From an uncultured Actinomycetota bacterium (lineage in GTDB: Bacteria > Actinomycetota > Actinomycetes > JACCUZ01): a stretch of 64,000 bases of DNA. The number at the start of each line of letters is the position of its first letter. Within the stretch, counting starts at the first letter, position 1. A model generated the notes under the pieces. It did no database searches. It was not told the DNA's origin and saw only the letters and a program-made list of their open reading frames with translations. Shown piece by piece: positions 61,422-64,000 of the stretch. The position numbers and the translations under genes were made by a program. The DNA is taken from the NCBI GenBank assembly GCA_963762865.1, contig CAVXNC010000018.1, positions 1,697-65,696 on the forward strand. Reading direction: 5' to 3'.

Positions 61422-62351
61422 GTGCTGTGGTGGCTCCTCGTCCCCCTGGGTCTGCTGGCGGTCGCCGCCGGGTTGGTGTGGCGGCTGGCGGCAGCGGTCC
61501 GCGACGCGCGCGACCGGGAGGACGCGGCGGTGGCGGACATGGCTACTGCGACCACGCCGCAGCAGGCGCTGGCCGTGCAGTCGCGTGCGTCGGCCTGGTC
61601 GTGGCGCCGGCGCCTCGCCATCGCCGCACTCTGCTCGCCGGCCGTGCCACTGGTCTTCGGCTTCGGCCGGTACGAACCCCTCGTCTGGATCGCCTCGCTG
61701 GCCGCAGCGGCCGTCGCGGTCCTGGCCTTCAGCCGGCTCGCGACCCGGCGCACCCTCAAGGTCGTCGACGACGCCGCAGCCCAGCAGCTGCTCGCCGAGC
61801 GCGCGGCGCAGGTCGCGGCGGTCGCGGCGGCGCAGGGCTGGACCTTCCAGGCCATCGACCGCCGCGCCGATCCGAACGGTACGGCGCGCAACTCGATGGT
61901 CGGGGTCCACGACGACGTCCCGTTCGTCGCCTACGACCGTGTCCGGGAGGCCAGCCGGACCACCGTCAACGGCCGGGTCACGTCGATCCGGCTGGCGACC
62001 GACACCGTCGTCCAAGTGCCCTTCGCCGCGGCGTTCAAGCTGGCCGTCGTCCCCGAGACGTTCGGCGCCGACGTGCGGTGGGGCCAGTTCGGCAGCGTGG
62101 TCGACCTCGAGTCGGGCGACTTCAACGACGCCTACCAGGTCTACTGCCTCGACCACTACCGGGCGCGGCTGGTCCTCAACCCGGCGGTGATGCAGGTCCT
62201 GGCGAGCAACCCCGGCCACGAGCTGGTGGTCGACCGCGGGCTGCTCCGCCTGACCCGGACCGACGAGCTCGCCCCGCCCGAGCGGCTCGTCACGCTCGTC
62301 GACCTGGCCGCACGCGTCGCGCGCTCGGCGCGGGCGGCACACATCACGTAG
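61422..62351 (+). CDS. hypothetical membrane protein (DUF3137-like, tentative)
   Basis: GTG start. N-terminal TM segments (LWWLLVPLGLLAVAAGLVW, LVWIASLAAAAVAVLAF) are followed by a soluble domain with ESGDFNDAYQVYCLDHYRARLVLNPAVMQVL. Confidence 0.5.
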   Translation: MLWWLLVPLGLLAVAAGLVWRLAAAVRDARDREDAAVADMATATTPQQALAVQSRASAWSWRRRLAIAALCSPAVPLVFGFGRYEPLVWIASLAAAAVAVLAFSRLATRRTLKVVDDAAAQQLLAERAAQVAAVAAAQGWTFQAIDRRADPNGTARNSMVGVHDDVPFVAYDRVREASRTTVNGRVTSIRLATDTVVQVPFAAAFKLAVVPETFGADVRWGQFGSVVDLESGDFNDAYQVYCLDHYRARLVLNPAVMQVLASNPGHELVVDRGLLRLTRTDELAPPERLVTLVDLAARVARSARAAHIT

Positions 62352-62361
62352 CGCGAGCCAC

Positions 62362-64000
62362 TCAGCGCAGGTCGCCGCCGGTCACCAGGTCGTTTGCGGT
62401 ACGCAGCACCGGTGGCCGCATCAGGGCGGCCGGGTCGCCGGTCCAGCCGGACACCGCGAAGGTGTGCGACTCCCCCGGCAGCAGCGTCACGAGCATGTCG
62501 TCGACTGTCGCGTCAGGCGCCAGCCGGTCGGCGAAGAGGCACAAGTCGCGCAGCAGGCTCCGGGCACCGACCCGCAGCAGCAGCATCTCGCCCGGCTCGG
62601 GCACCGCGTCGTAGTCCGCCGTCGGGTAGTCGAGGTCCTTGTCCGCCGCGAAGAACCAGGTGGCCCGCTCGTCGCCGGCGGTGACCAGCAGGAGCTCGCG
62701 CAGCGGCCGGCCGGCCGCTGCGACGGCAGGCGGGACGACCACCGACCCGGCCGACCACGGCGGCACATCGATCACCGCATCGGCCACGACGAGCACCTCA
62801 CCGTCGAAGTCGCGTCGCTCCAGCCGCAGCGCAGCACGCCACGGCTCCGGGGAGTCGTTGACCGCGACGGCGTGCAGTCCGTCGGTGCGGGGCTGCACGG
62901 TGAGCAGCCGCGGACGGTAGGCACGGCGCAGCGCGTACCAGAGCGGCTTGCGTCGCCCGTAGCCGTCGACGGCCGCCCACGACGTCACCGGCCAGCAGTC
63001 GTTGAGCTGCCAGACGACCGTCCCCATGCAGGTGCCGCGGTGGGAGCGGAAGTGCTCGACGCCCGTCCTGATCGCGCGCGCCTGGTTGAGCTGGGTCGCG
63101 AAGTGCCAGTCCGCCGTCGACCCGGGCTCGGGGAAGTGCGGCAGCAGCCCGCGCAGCAGCTTTCCGTTGCCGTCGATGGCCTTCTGGTGGGCCAGGACAC
63201 CTGGCGAGTCCGGCGTGATGGGGTCGTCGTGCACCGCGGCCGTCAGCGTCGCCCAGGTGGGCGGCGCCTGCCACCCGAACTCGGAGACGAAGCGCGGGAC
63301 GTAGTCGCGGTACGTCGCGTAGTCGGCGGTGTTCCACACGTCCCAGATGTGCTTGCAGCCGTAGCCGTCGAGGCCGGACGGCCGGTCGGGGGTGCCGGAG
63401 TAGGGACTGCCCGGCCAGTAGGGGCGGGTGCCGTCGAGCTCCGCGACCACCGACGGAAGCAGGTCGAGGTAGTAGCCGAGACCCCAGGCTCGGTCGCCGA
63501 CCACGTCGGGCCAGCCCCACTCGTGCCAGCCCATGAAGTTCTCGTTGTTGCCGTTCCAGAGCACCAGGCTCGGGTGCGGCATCAGCCGCACGACGTTGTC
63601 CGCGGCCTCGGCGGCCACCTCGGCACGGGTCCCGTCGTCCTCGGGGTAGGCAGCACACGCGAAGAGGAAGTCCTGCCACACCAGGACACCGGCCTCGTCG
63701 CACGCGTCGTAGAAGTCGTCGCTCTCGTAGATCCCGCCGCCCCAGACGCGCAGCAGGTCGATGTTGGCGTCGGTGGCCTGCCGCACCCGCTCGCGGTAGC
63801 GCTCCCTCGTCACCCGGCTCGGGAAGCAGTCGTCCGGGATCCAGTTCGCCCCCCTGGCGAAGAGCGGCTGGCCGTTGACGACGAGGGTGAATGCCGAGCC
63901 GATGCCGTCCTCGCCGGAGTCGAGGGCGACGGTACGGAAGCCGATCCGCCGGTGCCACGTCGACAGCGGTCCCGCGACGTCGACGGCACCGACAGCACCG
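62362..64000 (-). CDS. glycoside hydrolase family 2 beta-mannosidase, 3' part (5' end beyond the right edge of the window)
   Basis: The frame stays open to the window end. It has ...NWIPDDCFPSRVTRERYRERV..., LLRVWGGGIYESDDFYDACDEAGVLVWQDF, LWNGNNENF (acid/base region), FVSEFGWQA (nucleophile Glu) and WQLNDCWP. Confidence 0.85.
   Translation of the reverse strand, partial: GAVGAVDVAGPLSTWHRRIGFRTVALDSGEDGIGSAFTLVVNGQPLFARGANWIPDDCFPSRVTRERYRERVRQATDANIDLLRVWGGGIYESDDFYDACDEAGVLVWQDFLFACAAYPEDDGTRAEVAAEAADNVVRLMPHPSLVLWNGNNENFMGWHEWGWPDVVGDRAWGLGYYLDLLPSVVAELDGTRPYWPGSPYSGTPDRPSGLDGYGCKHIWDVWNTADYATYRDYVPRFVSEFGWQAPPTWATLTAAVHDDPITPDSPGVLAHQKAIDGNGKLLRGLLPHFPEPGSTADWHFATQLNQARAIRTGVEHFRSHRGTCMGTVVWQLNDCWPVTSWAAVDGYGRRKPLWYALRRAYRPRLLTVQPRTDGLHAVAVNDSPEPWRAALRLERRDFDGEVLVVADAVIDVPPWSAGSVVVPPAVAAAGRPLRELLLVTAGDERATWFFAADKDLDYPTADYDAVPEPGEMLLLRVGARSLLRDLCLFADRLAPDATVDDMLVTLLPGESHTFAVSGWTGDPAALMRPPVLRTANDLVTGGDLR

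Overview
High-GC actinobacterial chromosomal segment (GC judged by eye, not computed). Gene content looks Nocardioides-like: secD, the zinc-ribbon/SAF/mscL block, ideR, pdxH-citrate synthase-serC, and mycothiol-type DinB/MDMPI enzymes. No species can be assigned. I call about 66 protein-coding loci, one tRNA-Arg(CCT), one riboswitch and several operators and terminators. I saw no rRNA, CRISPR array, IS element, integrase or prophage.

Layout, left to right:
- 1-9.9 kb: metal(loid) block. It holds chrA plus a His-rich DUF4396 protein, an arsR-MIP-arsC operon with no ArsB/Acr3, a divergent ArsO-like flavoprotein/ArsR pair with a 16-1-16 operator, and a CDF exporter.
- 10-15.8 kb: frameshifted MMPL gene, a CIRCE-controlled Ruc-like zinc-ribbon protein, a small repeat peptide, mtnP, a SAF-domain protein and mscL.
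- 15.8-21.4 kb: three genes carrying 11 frame breaks in total, flanking an intact sulfotransferase.
- 23.8-31.3 kb: downstream of the tRNA lie TetR, an ECF sigma factor, DUF4389, an S1 protease, an RsbW-like kinase and a 925-aa Ig-repeat surface protein.
- 31.5-43.7 kb: a DUF1330-decarboxylase fusion, a GAF-PAS-GGDEF protein, a c-di-AMP (ydaO) riboswitch ahead of an NlpC/P60 gene, ideR, udgX, pdxH, citrate synthase and serC.
- 43.7-45.8 kb: an ECF sigma/anti-sigma pair with twin divergent TGAACC-N16-CGT promoters.
- 47-51.5 kb: a divergent module in which an Arr-type ADP-ribosyltransferase is start/stop-overlapped with a SWIM protein, opposite an 864-aa helical protein. This is the most system-like unexplained unit.
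- 51.5-64 kb: ordinary transporters, regulators and enzymes.

All family calls come from motif recognition by eye. No database search was run.
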